Part shown: one piece after another, positions 48,001 to 60,064 of the stretch
Numbering within the stretch: position 1 is the first letter of the stretch
Layout of the letters: every line of letters starts with the position of its first letter
Assembly: GCA_030390025.1 (NCBI GenBank)
Contig: CM059431.1
Location: forward strand, 158,412,001-158,476,000
DNA length: 64,000 bases
DNA from: Squalus acanthias
Lineage: Eukaryota
Reading direction: 5' to 3'
Translations under genes and position numbers: made by a program
Notes under the pieces: generated by a model
Seen by the model: only the letters and a program-made list of their open reading frames with translations
Told to the model about the DNA's origin: nothing
Databases searched by the model: none

Positions 48001-50554
48001 ACTGAGGGGGCGGGCCTGGTTCGGTAGGGGGGCAGGGCTGAGTCGTTTGTGGTTTGGGTTGGATTGCTGAGGGGGCGGGGCTGTGTCGGTTCCGAGTGGA
48101 GCGTGGATGGATTGCTGAGGCGGCGAGCTGGGGCGCTGGGGGGTGGGGCTTGTTCGTTGGGGGCGCAGATGGTTTGCTGATGGGGTGGGTCTGGGCCGGT
48201 AGGGGTAAGGATAGATTGCTGAGAGGGTGGGGCTGGTTCCGTGTGTAGGCAGGGCTGGGTCTGGGGGGGTGGTGACGTTTCAATGGAGTGCCAGTGTGAG
48301 GCTGGTACAGTGGGTTGTGGTGTCTTCTTCAGTGGCGTATGGTGCCGGGTCTATGTGGTGCGGGTCAGTGTCAGTGGAGTGTGTAGCTGGTTCAGTGGTT
48401 TGTGGGGTTTTCTTCTTTGGGATGCGGTGCTGTGTCATTGGGTGCGGGGCTGGGTCAGTGGGGTGCATCGCTAGGTCAGTGGGGTGCCGAGCTGGGTCAG
48501 TGGGTCTTGGTGTATTGTTCAATGGTATGTGGGGCTGGGTCAGTAGGGTGTGTGGCTGGGTCAGTGTATTGTTGGTCAGGGTCAGTGGGGTGTGGGGCTG
48601 CGTCACTGGGGTCTGTGGCTGGGTCAGTGTGGTGTGGGTCAGGGTCAGTGGTGTGTGGGCTGGGTCAGTGGGGTGTGAAGCTGGTTCAGTGGGGTGTGGG
48701 GCTTCTTCAATTGGATGCTGGGCTTGGTCAGTGGGGTGCGAGGCTGTGTCAGTGGGGTGCGGTCATGAGTCAGTGGGCTGCGGTTATCGGTCAGTGGGTT
48801 GTGGGGTCTTGTTCATTGCCGTGTGGGGCTGGGACAGTGGGGTGTGTGGCTGGGTCAGTGTGGTGTGGGTCAGGGTCAGTGGGTTGTGGGGCTGGGTCAG
48901 TGTGGTGTGGGTCGGGCTCAGTGGGGTGTTTGGCTGGGTCAGTGGGGTGTGGTGCTGGGTCAGTGGGGTTTGTATCTGGTTCAGTGGGTTGTGGGGTCTT
49001 CTTCAGTGGGATGCGGGGCTGGGTCAGTGGGGTGCGGGTCTTGGTAGGTGGGGTGCGGTGCTGGGTCAGTGGTCTGTGGGGCTGGGTCAGTGGGGTGTGG
49101 GTTAGGGTCAGTGGGGTGTGGGGCCGGGTCATTGGGATATGATCTTGGGTCAGTGCGGTGTGTAGCTGTTTCCGTGGGTTGTGGGGTCTACTTCAGTGGG
49201 GTGCTGGGCTGGGTCAGTGGTTTGTGGTGTCTTGTTCGGTGGCGTGCGGGGCTGTGTCAGTAGTGGTGGGGCTGTGTAAGTGATGTGCGGGGCTGGGTCA
49301 GTGGGGTGTGGGGCTGGGTAAGTGGGATGCGGCACTGTCTCAGTGGTGTCCGTGGCTGGTTCAGTTGGGTGCGGGTCTGGACAGTGCGGTGCGAGTCTGG
49401 GTTAGTAGGTTCCGTGGATTGTTCAGTGGGGTGTGGGGTCTTGTTAAGTGTCATGTGGGGGTTCGGTGGGTTGCGGGTCCGGGACAGCGGGGTGCGGGGT
49501 TGATTCAGTGGTGTTCGATGCTGGATCAGTGGGGTGCGTAGCTAGATCAGTGGTGTGTGTTTCTGGGACAGTGGGGTGCGGTGCTGGGTCAGTAGGGTGC
49601 GGGTCATGTTCAGTGTCATGTGAGATGGCTCAGTGGGTTGTGGGGCTTGGTCAGTGGGTTGCTTGGCTGGGTCAGTAGGGTGCGGGCCTGTGTCAGTGGG
49701 GAGCGGATCTGGGTCAGTGGGGTGCGGGTTTGTGTCAGTGGGGTGCAAGGCTATGTCAGTGGGGTGCGGGGCTGGTTCAGTGGGGTGCGGTCCTGTGTCA
49801 GTGGGGTGCGGGCCTGTGTCATTGGGGTGCGAGGTTATGTCAGTGGGGTGCGGGGCTGGTTCAGTGGGGTGCGGGGCTGTGTCAGTTGGGTGCGGGCCTG
49901 TGTCAGTGAGGTGCGGGGCTGTGTCAGTGGGGTGCGGGCCTGTGTCAGTGGGGTGCGGGGCTATGTCAGTGATGTGCGGGGCTGGTTCACTGGGCTGCGG
50001 GGCTGTGTTAGTGGGGTGTGGGCCTGTGTCTGGGGGGTGCGGGTCTGTGTCAGTGGGGTGCGTGGCTGGTACAGTGCGTTGTGGAATCTCTTCAGAGTCT
50101 TGTGGCGGGGTCAGTGGGGTGCGGGTCTTGTTCAGTGGCAATTGGGATTTCTCAGTGGGTTGCGGGCCTGTGCCAGTGGGGTAAGGGGCTGTGTCAGTAG
50201 GGTGCGTGGCTGGTTCAGTGGGGTGTGGGATCGTGTTCAGTGTCTTTTGCGGGGTTCAGTGGGGTGCGTGTCTTGTTCAGTGGCAATGGGGATGGGTCAG
50301 TGGGTGGGGGGCTGAATCAGTGGGGTGCGGGGCTGGCTCAATGGAGTGCAGGGTGTATGGGTCAGTGGAGGGGCGAGGCTGTGTCGTTCAGCGGGCGGGT
50401 CTTGGTCGGTCGGGGGTCTGGGGGCTTTGTCCGGCTCTGGCGTCTCTGACGGTGTGGGATGCGGGCTGCGTTAATAGATTGGGCTTGTGCTGGGTCAGTA
50501 TGGCGTGGTGCTGATTCAGTGGGGTTTCGCTGTTTGGCTGTGTCAGTGGGACGG
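45026..50554. repeat. G-rich compound satellite (27-bp, GC-box and 21-bp GTCAGTGGGGTGCGGGGCTGG monomers), split by a CR1
   Basis: 27-bp unit at 45030-45877 and 21-bp unit (7-aa VSGVRGW-like repeats) at ~48300-50350. Confidence 0.93.
45878..47438 (-). mobile_element. 5'-truncated CR1 inserted in satellite
   Basis: ORFs 46847-47365 and 46023-46691 (RT), with tail (TTCTTATG)n. Confidence 0.93.
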
Positions 50555-51310
50555 ATGAACAACATCACTTGAACTACACAGGGTCAGTGAGAGGTCAAGC
50601 TCCAGATTACAGAGCCTCACTGCAAAAGAAAAGGTGTATTTCAGGGTAAGCTCGATAAACAAGAGGAAGAAATGCATTGGAAGATTCTGCTGATAGGGTT
50701 AGATAAAGAGGGAGGGGAGGAGGTTGATGTGAAGTATAAACACAGCATGGACCATTTGAAACGAATGGGCTATTTCTGAGCTGTACATTTTATGTAATTC
50801 TCTGTATTAAAAAAGGGAAGTGACGGCGCTGCATTTTCTGAAGCAGTTTTATAAAAGGAGAATTTCGGAAGCTTTGCTCTAATTCTGTAACCTGTAACAC
50901 GCAAACCCCTCCGCTGTCCGTTAGAGAATCCAGTTGCCCAGCCCGGGCACGTGGAATGTTTTGTAAAAGTAAAATGAGCTTAACAATGCCTGTACCATTA
51001 AACGCCAAATGAGACATGTGTATTTCAGAGGAGAGAGTTTGATCTAAGGGTTGCACCCAATTTGCCCCGTGTTTGAAGAGTTAGACATGTGTATCTCCAG
51101 CCCCCCTTTCCCGTCAATATTTTGTCGCCTCACGAAACTCTGCCCATCTTTCTCACAACTCCATGTTTGAATCTCTCCAATCGGGTTTGCGCTCCTGACA
51201 CAGCACTGAAATGACAATAATCAAAGTCAAAATGAAACGTTCTATGTCTGCTTAAGTGGTAAATTAAACCCCACTCATTTTTCTTAACCTATGCTTCCTT
51301 TACACGGACG
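50555..51310. repeat. Duplicated block, uninterrupted paralog of 26276-26744 + 28995-29290
   Basis: Empty site tatttcagag|gagagagtttgatc at 51021-51044. Confidence 0.92.
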
Positions 51311-51339
51311 CATTTATCTCGGGGGTGGGGGAGGGCGCC

Positions 51340-52877
51340 TTTTTTCTTTCGTTAATGGGATGTAGGCGTCGCTGACAATGCCACGATTTATTGGTCATTC
51401 CTAATTGGCCTTGTGAAGGTGGTGGTGAGCTGCTTTCTTGAACCGCTGCAGTCCGTGTGGTGAAGGTACTCCCACAGTGCTGTAAGGTACGGAGTTGCCG
51501 GATTTTGACTAAGCGATGATGAAGGATCTAACTTAGGATGGTGTGTGACTTGGAGGGGAAACTTGGAGATGGTGGTGTTCACAGACGCCTGCTGCCCTTG
51601 TCCTTCTAGGTGGAAGTGTTTGCGGGTTTGGGAGGTGCTGCCGAAGAATTATTGGCGAGTTCCTGCAGTGCATCTTGTAGATGGCACAGACTGCAGCCAC
51701 GGTACGCCGGTGGCGATGGGAGTGAATGTTTAAGTTGGTTGATGGGGTGCCAAACAAGCGGGCTTCTTTGTCCTGGAATGTGTCGAGCTTCTTGAGCGTA
51801 GTTGGAGCTGCACTCATCTAGGCAAGTGGAGAGTATTCCATCACACTCCTTACTTGTGCCTTGTAGATGGTGGAAAGGATAAGGGCTGTCCGGAGGCGAG
51901 ACACTCGCCTCAGAATAACCAGCCTCTAACCTGCTTTTGTTGCCACAATATTTATGTGGCTGGTCCACTTAAGTTTATGGTCAACGGTGACCCCCGGAAT
52001 GTTGATGATGGGGGATTCAGCGATGGTAATGTCATTGAATGTCAAGAGGAAGTGGATCGACTCTCGCTTGTTGGAGATAGTAATTGCCTGGCAAATCTGT
52101 GGCGCGAATGTTACCTGCCACTTATCACCCGAGGCCTGAACGCCGTCAAGGACTTTTTGCATGCTGGCCTGGATTGCTTCATTATCTCATGAGTTGTGAA
52201 TGGCGCTGAACACTGAGCATTCATCAGCGAATATAACTATTGCTGACCTTATGTTGGACGGAAGTTCATTGATGAAGCAGCTGAGAATGATTGGGCCTAG
52301 GACACTTCCCTGAGGAACTCCTGCTGCGCTTACCTGGGGCTGTGATGATTGTCCTTCATCCACTTCAAACAACTTCGTTTGTGCTATGTATGTCTCCAGC
52401 CAGTACAGTGTTTTCCACCCGATTCCCAATGACTTAAGTTTGATTAAGTCTTTTTGATTCCACACTCGGTCAAATGCTGCGTTGATGTCAAGGGCAGTCA
52501 TTCTCACATCACCTCTGGAATTCAGCTCCTTTGTCCATGTCTGCATCAAGGCTATAATGAGTTTGGGAGGCGAGTGGTCTTGGCGGAACCAAACTGGGCA
52601 TCAGTGAGCAGGTTATTGGCGATTAAGTTCCGCTTGATACCACTATCGATGACGACTTCCCGATTTCTGATGAGTGACAGTAAACTGATGGGGCAATAAT
52701 TGGCCAGGTTGGATTTGTCCTGCTTTTTGTAGACAGAACACACCTGTGCAGTGTTCCAGTCAGATATGTGCCACTGTTGTAGCTGTACTGGTACAGCTTA
52801 CCGAGAGGTACGGCTAGTTCTGGAGCACAAGTCTTCAGCACGATATCCGGGATGTTGTCGGGGCCCATTGCCTTTGC
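51340..52877 (-). mobile_element. Non-LTR retrotransposon RT fragment, probably RTE-X type
   Basis: GPDNIPDIVLKTCAPELA, ALDINAAFDRVW, GVPQGSVLGP and IFADEC, with poly-T at 51339. Confidence 0.78.
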
Positions 52878-55800
52878 GGAAATATATTAGAGGTAGGGAG
52901 GGGAAAAGCTATCTTGGAAATTGCAAACAATGTTGAGAATTTTGAAATCGAGGCGTTGCTTTACCGGGAGTCAATGTAGGTCAGCGAGCACAGGAGTGAT
53001 GAGTGAACAGGACTTGGTACGACTTTGGACACGGGCACCCGAGATTTGGATTATGGCAAGTTTACGTAGGGTAGAACGAGAGAAGCCTGCCAGGACTGCG
53101 TGGGAATAGTCAAATCTAGAGGCATCAATGCATGGATGAAGGTTTCAGCAGCAGATGAGCTGAGGGTGTGTTGGAAACTGGCGATGTTACAGAGATGGAA
53201 ATAGGCGGTCTTTGTTATGCCGCGGATATGTGGTCGCAAGCTCATTTCAGAGGCAAATATGACACCAAGGTTGCGACCCGTGTGGTTTGGCCTCACAGAT
53301 GTTAGGTAGAGGGATGGAGCCGTCAGGGAACTAAAACAATGTCTTTCCAATATTTAACTGGAGAACATTTCTGCTCATCCAGAACTGATTTCGGACAAGC
53401 AGTCTGACAATTTACAGATCGTGGAGGGGTCGAGAGAAGAGTTATTGAGGTAGAGATGGGTGTCGTCAGCGTAGATGTGGAAACTGACGTTGTATTTTCC
53501 GATGATGTCTTCAAGGGGCTGCATGTAGATGAGAAATATTATGTAGCCAAGTATTGATTCTTCTGGGACACCAGAGATAAGGATGCCGGAGCGGGAAGAG
53601 AAGCCATTGCAGGTGATTCTCTGGCGATGATACATAAGAATGGAAACAGGCGAGTGCAGTCCCACCCAGCTGAACGACGTTGGAAAGGCGTTGTAGGAGT
53701 GTGGAGTGGTCAACCGTGTCAAAGGCTGCAGAGAATTCCAGCAGGACGAGAAGGGATAGTTTTTCTTTGTCGCAGTCACAAAGGATGGAATTTGTGACCA
53801 TGATGACAGCCGTTTCTGTACTTTGGCAGGGGCAGATACCTGATTGGAGGGATTCAAACATGGAGTTCCCAGAAAGATGGGAATGGATTTGGGAGGTGAC
53901 AACATGTTCATTTACTTTGAATCGGGAAGTGAGGTTGGAGTTCGGGCGGTAGTTTGCAAGGATGTACGAGTGAAGGGTTGTTCTTTTTGAGGAGAGTGGT
54001 GATGACGGCAGATTTGAAGGAGAGAGGGACAGCACCTGATGAGAAAGAAACTTTATCAATGTCAGCTTATAAAGGAGCCAGAAGAGGAAGTTCGGTGATC
54101 AGCAGTTTTTGGGAATAGGTTCGAGGGAGCAGGAAGTGGGTCTCATGGACCAGATGAGCTCGGAGAGGACAGGTAGGGGAGATCGGAGAGAAGCTGGAGA
54201 AAATTGCCAGTTCAGGGCTGTGGCTGGGGGCGCCTTAGTGGATGCTTGTCCTGGTGGGCTAGGGGAAGGAAGAGAAGTTGCAGAGGCCGCTGGTCGTATG
54301 CTTCAATCGTAGAGATAAAGGAGTTCCTGAGCTCCTCGGACTTTTTGTTGGAGGAATGGACTTAACAAGATGGTCAGCTGTGGAGAATAGAAGCCAGCGT
54401 TTAGCTTTGCATTCCAGAATGATTCTGGAATAGTGAGCAATTTTGGCAGACGAGAGGAGAACCCGATTATGCTTTATGTGGTCCAGCCAGATCTGGCAGC
54501 AAATGGCTTAAGAACATAAGAACATAAGAAATAGGAGCAGGAGTAGGCCAATCGGCCCCTCGAGCCTGCTCCTCCATTCAATAAGATCATGGCTGATCTG
54601 ATCCTAACCGCCAATCTACTATCTACTATCACAGAACCATCTCCTGCATCTAACAGAATTGCACACACGAAATAGGAGCAGAATCAGCCTACACGGTCCC
54701 TGGGCCCGCTCCACTACCCACAGGGCCATGACCGATCCGAACCTAGACTCATGTCCAAATTCCTGCCCGCTCCCCGTAACCCTTAATGCCCTTTACTTCT
54801 AGGAAACTGTATATTTCTGTTTTAAATTTATTTAATGATGTAGCTTCTACAGCTTTTTGTGGCAGCATATTCCATGGACCTACCACCCTCTGAGTGAAGT
54901 AGTTCCTCCTCATCTCAGTTTTGAAAGAGCAGCCCCTTATTCTAAGACTATGTCCCCTAGTTCTCGTCTCACCCGTCATCGGGAACATCCTCCCCGCATC
55001 CACCCGATCCAACCCCTTCACAATCTTATATGTTTCAATAAGATCGCCTCTCATTCTTCTGAACTCCAATGAGTAGAGTCCCAATCTACACAACCTCTCC
55101 TCATATGACCACCCCCTCATCCCCGGGATTAACCGAGTGAACTTTTTTTGCACTGCCTCGAGAGCAAGGATGTCTTTCCTTAAGTAAGGACACCAAAACT
55201 GTATGCAGTATTCCAGGTGCGGTCTCACCAATACCTTGTACAACTGAAGCAATACCGCCCTATTTTTATATTCTATCCCCCTATCAATGAAAGCTAACAT
55301 TCCATTTGCCTTCTTAATCACTTGCTGCACCTGCATACTAACCTTTTGAGTTTCGTGCACCAGGACCCCCAGATCCCTTTGCACTTCAGTACTCTCCAGT
55401 TTCTTGCCATTAAGATAATAAATTGCTCTAGGATTTTTCCTGCCAAAGGGCATCACCTCACACTTTCCAGTGTTGTATTCCATCTGCCAAATCTCTGCCC
55501 ACTTACTTAGCCTGTCTATGTCCCCTTGCAGGTTTTTTATGTCCTCCTCACTCACTACTTTCCCTCCCATCTTTGTATCATCTGCAAATTTTGATATGTT
55601 ACACTTGGTCCCTTCCTCCAAATCGTTAATATAGATTGTAAAGAGTTGGGGACCCAGCACTGACCCCTGTGGAACACCACTAGTTACTGATTGCCAGTCT
55701 GAGAATGAACCATTTATCCCAACTCTTTGCTTTCTGTTAGATAGCCATTCCTCTATCCATGCCAGAATATTACCCCCAATCCCGTGATTTTTTACCTTAA

Positions 55801-57185
55801 GCAATAATCTTTTGTGTGGCACCAGTAGTCTGCCATATGCGTTCAAGTCTACATCTCTTGGAATTAAGGGAGTGAAGATGAGTGCCAGACCAGTTGAAAC
55901 AGCCAGGATGAGACATTGTAATTGTTTTAATAGGGACAAATGCATCGAAGGTGGTGGTGAGGGTGTGGTAGAGCAGTTCGGTAGGTGCAGAAATGTTGAG
56001 GTCAATGGAGTACCAAAGGCTGGATGGTTGGGATTTCGTAAGTGCAGTTGTAAGAGAGTTGTGAGAGAGTGTTTTTTCCTTTTGCAGGAACAGAATGAAG
56101 TATTGCTGGGGGTGAAGGGAGATGTGGGTGGGGAACGGTGGAAGGAAATGGTCAGAGATGGCTTCATTAGCGATTGACACCATGGGAGTAACGATGCAAC
56201 GAGAGATGGCAAGGTCGAGTCTGTGTCCATGATGATGGGTTGGGGAGTTTACTTGGAGTTAGAGATTAGGGGCAGATAGGAAGGCAGTGAAATCAGCTCA
56301 GAGAGAGCATGATGAATTGAGATGGAGCTTGAAATCACCGAGGATGAGAAGTCGCTCGGTACAATTGCTGAGGGAGGAAAGCAGTGAAGCAATCTCGATG
56401 ATAAATTATAATTGTACTTGGTGGGGGGGAGAAAACGATAATTTTAAATGAGAGGTGAGAGTTGTGGAATAAAGTGATTTGGTCAAAGAGGATAAAGTGG
56501 TGGAGGAGTAGGGTGACAGACCAAGTGTCATTTGGTAATGAAAACCACACTGTCGCCATTGCACTCTGGGCGGGGCAAGTGGTGAAAGGTATAGCCAGGC
56601 GGGGAGGCTTCACTTAAGGGTAAGGCTTCATCACCCCTCATGCAAGTTAACGTCAGGGCCATGATATCGATGACCTCAACCACGATATGCTCATGGATGG
56701 AAAGGACCTAGGTCGCAAGAGAATGGCCATTCTGGAGGGAAATGGGGAGATGTTCGGTGATGTCTAATCCCCTGCCAGTGTACACAGGGTCAGCTCTGGA
56801 AGGCGTGAGTTTGACGGGAAGGAGATTGAGAAGATTAGCCCCCAGCGGTCGGGCTTGGCGGGAAGGTCGGCGAAAGAGTAGGATAATACAGCTGGCGTTG
56901 CTGCTCGTGAGGAGGCAGTAACGGGTGCCACGTTAAGCATTTCGGAGAATACAAAGAGAGGCACTGATGGAAGCTATAGAATTATCTAAGATAAACAGCA
57001 GCAGGAGAGTAGGAAGGTCGAAGAACAATGAAGGGTTGGTGCAGGAATTTGGGAGGGCAGTGTATCCGAGACAGGAGAGATGAAAGGAGGCTTAATGACA
57101 GGAGAGCGCGATCACAGAGGGTAGAGAGAAAAGAAAAAGTGGAGAAAAAAGTGGAACTAGAATTAAACGGCTCGGGTCCGCAGCG
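52878..57185 (-). mobile_element. Longest L2 copy (unit 4), retaining the endonuclease-region segment ~56130-57040
   Basis: FHIYADDTHLY and LLEFSAAFDTVDH. The 5' part continues through APE-like remnants missing from units 1-3. Confidence 0.87.
54508..55821 (-). mobile_element. Young 5'-truncated CR1 nested in L2
   Basis: Open RT frame from VPHKRLL to a stop at 54749, with tail (TTCTTATG)n. The host aaatggct|accagt is split. Confidence 0.93.
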
Positions 57186-58735
57186 CCAGCCAAAATGAAC
57201 ACGCAGGGTCAGCGAGACTCACTGTTATTCACTGGGCAGCTGTCTGTGTCACACCTGCTGTGGATTTGTCATCGTAAGACTCGGGAAATGCTCGATCCCG
57301 GAGATAACAGCTGTTGTATTGATGGGGGAGGAGGGACTTGATATCATGTTTAAGAAGGCAACGTTCTCCTTTTCATTATAATATTTACATCTAACCCTCC
57401 AATTACTATTATATCTAATACAGAGCGTCAGAATCGGCGAAATGTTCAACTCGGCATAGTAACAGATATTATATTGGAAAAAGAATCTTTGAACAAATGC
57501 AAGGGCGAGGCCACAGGTAGGTTCAGAAAATACTTTAAATTGTAATTTCTTTCCTGACAAAGGGCACGGATCTCGTGCCTGAACCTGCAGCTCACACAGG
57601 AAGAGGGAACAGGACAGGGGCTGATTAAAATGAGGGAAGTGAGTGAGCATCCTGAGGGGCATCGCACTCACAGGTGGAGTGAGCCCCTGAGTACTGGAAC
57701 TGTCCAATAGATACCTGGTATTGGGGGCTGTAAGGCAGATAGACGCAATAACTCAGAGGAGCGTCTTCCTGAGCAAAATTGTGGAACCAAGGAGCAGCAG
57801 GCCATCCCGAGTGGGGCGGGGCTGAGAGGCAGGTGGGGCACAGGAAAATGAGATCAATAGTGCTGGCAGATTCTATAGTCAGGGGAATAGACAGATTCGT
57901 CTCCAGCCATAAGCAGCTGCCAAATGGTAAGATGCATCCCAGTTACCAGAGGGAAGAACATCCTTGAACAGATGGGAAGATCTCCTGGAAGGAAAGAAGA
58001 GCAGAAATTACCCAAGGTCAGAATCAGTAACACGGATAGAAATACGTTTATAGAGGGAATATTGTGACTGAGGCACTAGACTAAAGACAAGGCCTCAAGG
58101 TGGCGATCTTTGGATTGTTTTGCATTGGGCCGCTTAATGAGGGAAATATGAAGCACGTCAATGTGGGGCTGCTTGACTGGAGTAAAGGGAGGGGTTCATG
58201 TTCTTGGGGCAGTAGTGTGTGTTCAGGGAGACAGGAAGGGACTACTGCGATCTGAACCAAACAAAAACCATGGTTTAACAGAATAGGTGAATGGAGCAAT
58301 GGGAAGGTTATCAACTGATACGAATGTAAATGGGAATTATCGGCTTCTGGAGCTACAGAGCAGAATTTATGAAACTGTCGGTGCCGAAACAGAATATTTA
58401 TGAAAAAGTGCAAAATTATTAGCAGGAAAACGGAAGTTTGGTTTCGATTAGTGAGAGATGAAGTGATTGGTGTTTAAAAAAATGTAAAATAAAAAAGGGT
58501 CAACATTTCAAAGAATTGGTTTTAGAATTGAATGTTGTGCCTGTAAATGTACACATCATTCCAAAGACAATTGGAAAGTCAGAAGCATGAGAGATGAGAT
58601 TTAGTATTTATAGGACAGGGCCTGGGACTTCACTGGACTAAGAGAAATGTTCTTGTTCATAACATTTTGAGGAGAGGGAAAAATAATTGTGGACGACAGA
58701 ATTAATAAAGGTTTCCAGGACAAAGCTAGGAGAAC
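57185..58735. repeat. Segmental-duplication core block, copy 4
   Basis: Colinear with copies 1-3 and the most divergent of the four. Confidence 0.92.
57255..57584 (-). CDS. Candidate 330-nt internal exon of an unidentified gene (open, 110 codons)
   Basis: Acceptor ttccctcttcctgtgtgagctgcag|GTT and donor CAG|gtgtga. Reads VQARDPCPLSGKKLQF...FPSLTMTNPQQ without a stop. Paralogs at 15184-15513, 33399-33728 and ~41740-42056 are disrupted. Confidence 0.35.
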
Positions 58736-59479
58736 AACAAAACACTTGCATTTCTATAGCACCTTTAACGTAGTAAAACGTCCCAAGGCTCTTCACAGGA
58801 GCGTTATCAAACAAAACGTGACACCGAGCCACATAAGGAGAATTGTGACTGGTGACCAAAAGCTTCTTGAAAGAGGTAGGTTTTAAGCAGCGTCTCAAAG
58901 GAGGAAAGATATGACTTGAACACAAGGTTGTTCCTGGGAGCTATGTAAAGATAGATTACGCGCATTTTAAAAGAAAATTGGGAAGAGGCACTCTTAGACT
59001 AATTGAATAATTCGTTCGAAAAAGGTGTCATGCCAGTGGACTATCGGATGGCTAACGTTCTATCTATATTTAAGAAGTGGGATAGAACATATCTCGGAAA
59101 CTATAAACCAGTCAGCTTTACATCGGTAGTGGGAAAAATATTGGAATCCGTACTAAAAGAGATAACAGAAATAAAAACATCTAGAAACCAAAAATGTAAT
59201 AATGAATTTGGAACATGGATTTCAAACATGTTCAGCCATGAACGCATTGATTGGAGGTGCAGGCTCGAAGGACCGAATGGTCTACTCCTGTAACTATTTT
59301 CTATGTTTCTATGTCTAAACGGGAAAGTCTTACTTGATCAGCATCATTGAATTCTTTGAATAGGGAACAGAGAGATTTTCCATTCATGGGGCTCTGGCAC
59401 CAGTACTGGGGAAAGCGACAGCTGTTCCATCGGGATGGGCTCCACTTAAACCGGGCTGGTACCAGCATCCTGGCGAATC

Positions 59480-60064
59480 ATAAGAAAATAAGAACATAAG
59501 AAATAGGAGCAGGAGTAGGTCATTCGGCCCTTCGAGCCTGCTCCGCCATTCATTGGGATCATGGCTGATCTTCAACTCAACTCCATTCACCGGCCATATC
59601 ACCATATCCCTTGATGCAGTTAGCAGTCAGAAAACTATCGACTTCTGCTTTGAAAATACGCAATGCCTGAGACTCCACATCCCTCTGGGGAAGAGAATTT
59701 CAAAGATTCACCACCATCTGTGTGAAGAAATTTCTTCTTATCCCTGTCCTGAATGGGCTAACCTTTATCTTGAGTCCGTGGCCCCTGGTTCGAGACTCCC
59801 CAGCCAAGGGATACATTCTCCCCGCATCCATCATATCAAAACCTGTAATAACTTTGTATGCTTCAATGTGATCCCCTTTCATTCTTCTGAATTCAAGAGA
59901 ATACAGGCATAGTTTACTCAATCTCTTTTCATACGAAAGTCCCGCCATCCCAGGAATCAATCTCGAGAACCTTTGCTGCACTCCCTCTATGGCAGCTATA
60001 TCCTTCTTTAGGTAATGAGACCAAAATTGTACACAGTACTCCAGCTGTGGTCTCACCAAGGCCC
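59480..60064 (-). mobile_element. 5'-truncated CR1
   Basis: ALVRPQLEYCVQFWS...RRNFFTQMVVNL, with tail ttcttatg. Preceded by an esterase fragment 59380-59479 (HRDGLHLN). Confidence 0.88.

Noticed and set aside
47999..50514. Repetitive ORFs in the 21-bp satellite (VSGVRGW / PHPTDT)
   Set aside because: Same satellite artefact.
54749..56230. 493-aa ORF as a novel fusion protein (likewise 36456-37439)
   Set aside because: Chance read-through from off-frame L2 sequence into a nested CR1 RT.
50800..57300. Homeodomain-like PQQ|VTELEQSFRNSPF formed by joining the two candidate exons
   Set aside because: It lacks the basic N-terminal arm and the WFxNRR helix, and the splice itself is hypothetical.
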